Positions 63,603 through 64,000 of a DNA stretch of 64,000 bases are shown here, one piece after another. Under the pieces are notes generated by a model. That model was given only the letters and a program-made list of their open reading frames with translations. It was not told the DNA's origin and ran no database searches. The stretch is from Squalus acanthias (lineage: Eukaryota), in contig CM059432.1 of the NCBI GenBank assembly GCA_030390025.1, forward strand, positions 105,836,001 through 105,900,000. The letters run 5' to 3'. Each line of letters opens with the position of its first letter. Positions within the stretch are counted from its first letter, which is position 1. The position numbers and the translations under genes are program-made.

Positions 63603-64000
63603 ATGGATAGGGAGCGGAGGCAGCGAAGAAGACGAGAAGATGCGCGCAGAGGGAGGAGGATGAGGGCCACGAGGGCTCTCAACAGGAGGCCTTACCCACC
63701 TAGCGTCTTCAGAGAGCACTTCTCTTATATCCACTTAATTGAGGGGCAGTGTATTAGAAGGCTCTGCTTCACCAAGGACGGAGTCATAGAACTCTGCCAC
63801 CTCCTGCAACCAGACCTGCAGCCTGAGAGCAGGGCGAACACGGCTCTCCTAGCGGCAGTTAAGGTCACCATGGCCCTCAATTTCATTGTCAGCGGATTCT
63901 TCCAGTCTGTAGAAGGAGACATAGCTAACATCTCACAGTTCACCGTCCATAGCTGCATCGAGGAGGTCACTGAGGCTCTCTACAACAGGAGAAGGGACTA
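63603..64000 (+). CDS. Harbinger transposase N-terminus, open to the window edge (element starts at about 63095)
   Basis: MDRERRQ...RRPYPPSVFREHFSY...LCFTKDGVIELCHLLQPDLQP...VKVTMALNF..SGFFQ...ISQFTVHSCIEEVTEALY; no stop within the window; tatttaaa at about 63401. Confidence 0.8.
   Translation, partial: MDRERRQRRRREDARRGRRMRATRALNRRPYPPSVFREHFSYIHLIEGQCIRRLCFTKDGVIELCHLLQPDLQPESRANTALLAAVKVTMALNFIVSGFFQSVEGDIANISQFTVHSCIEEVTEALYNRRRD

Overview
This is eukaryotic, transposon-saturated non-genic or intronic DNA, most likely from a cartilaginous fish (HE1/V-SINE, DeuSINE-like, shark-type CR1, L2 and Penelope repeats). No host protein-coding gene could be supported. The window holds many CR1 LINEs, including one full-length copy with an SGNH-esterase ORF1 and several CR1-in-CR1 nests. 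It also holds L2 LINEs, a second LINE family, two Penelope families with minimal hammerhead ribozymes, several PIF/Harbinger transposons (Myb/SANT plus DDE transposase) with nested MITEs, hAT MITEs and a probable 1.6-kb solo LTR. The stand-out is a 6.7-kb endogenous retroelement (19650-26342) with 543-bp LTRs differing at one position by my reading, a 5-bp TSD, a tRNA-Ser-like PBS and a PPT. Its interior is a mosaic of short snippets: gag N-terminus; RT, thumb and connection micro-fragments with a spuma/lokiretrovirus-like NGFWSIPL..KFAFT motif; a passenger SINE; a heptad-WWD-transmembrane envelope C-terminus placed BEFORE the integrase core; and a second, gamma-type envelope N-terminus after it. 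I read it as a recently mobilised, non-autonomous, probably chimeric element. All family assignments come from motif recognition by eye, not from database searches.
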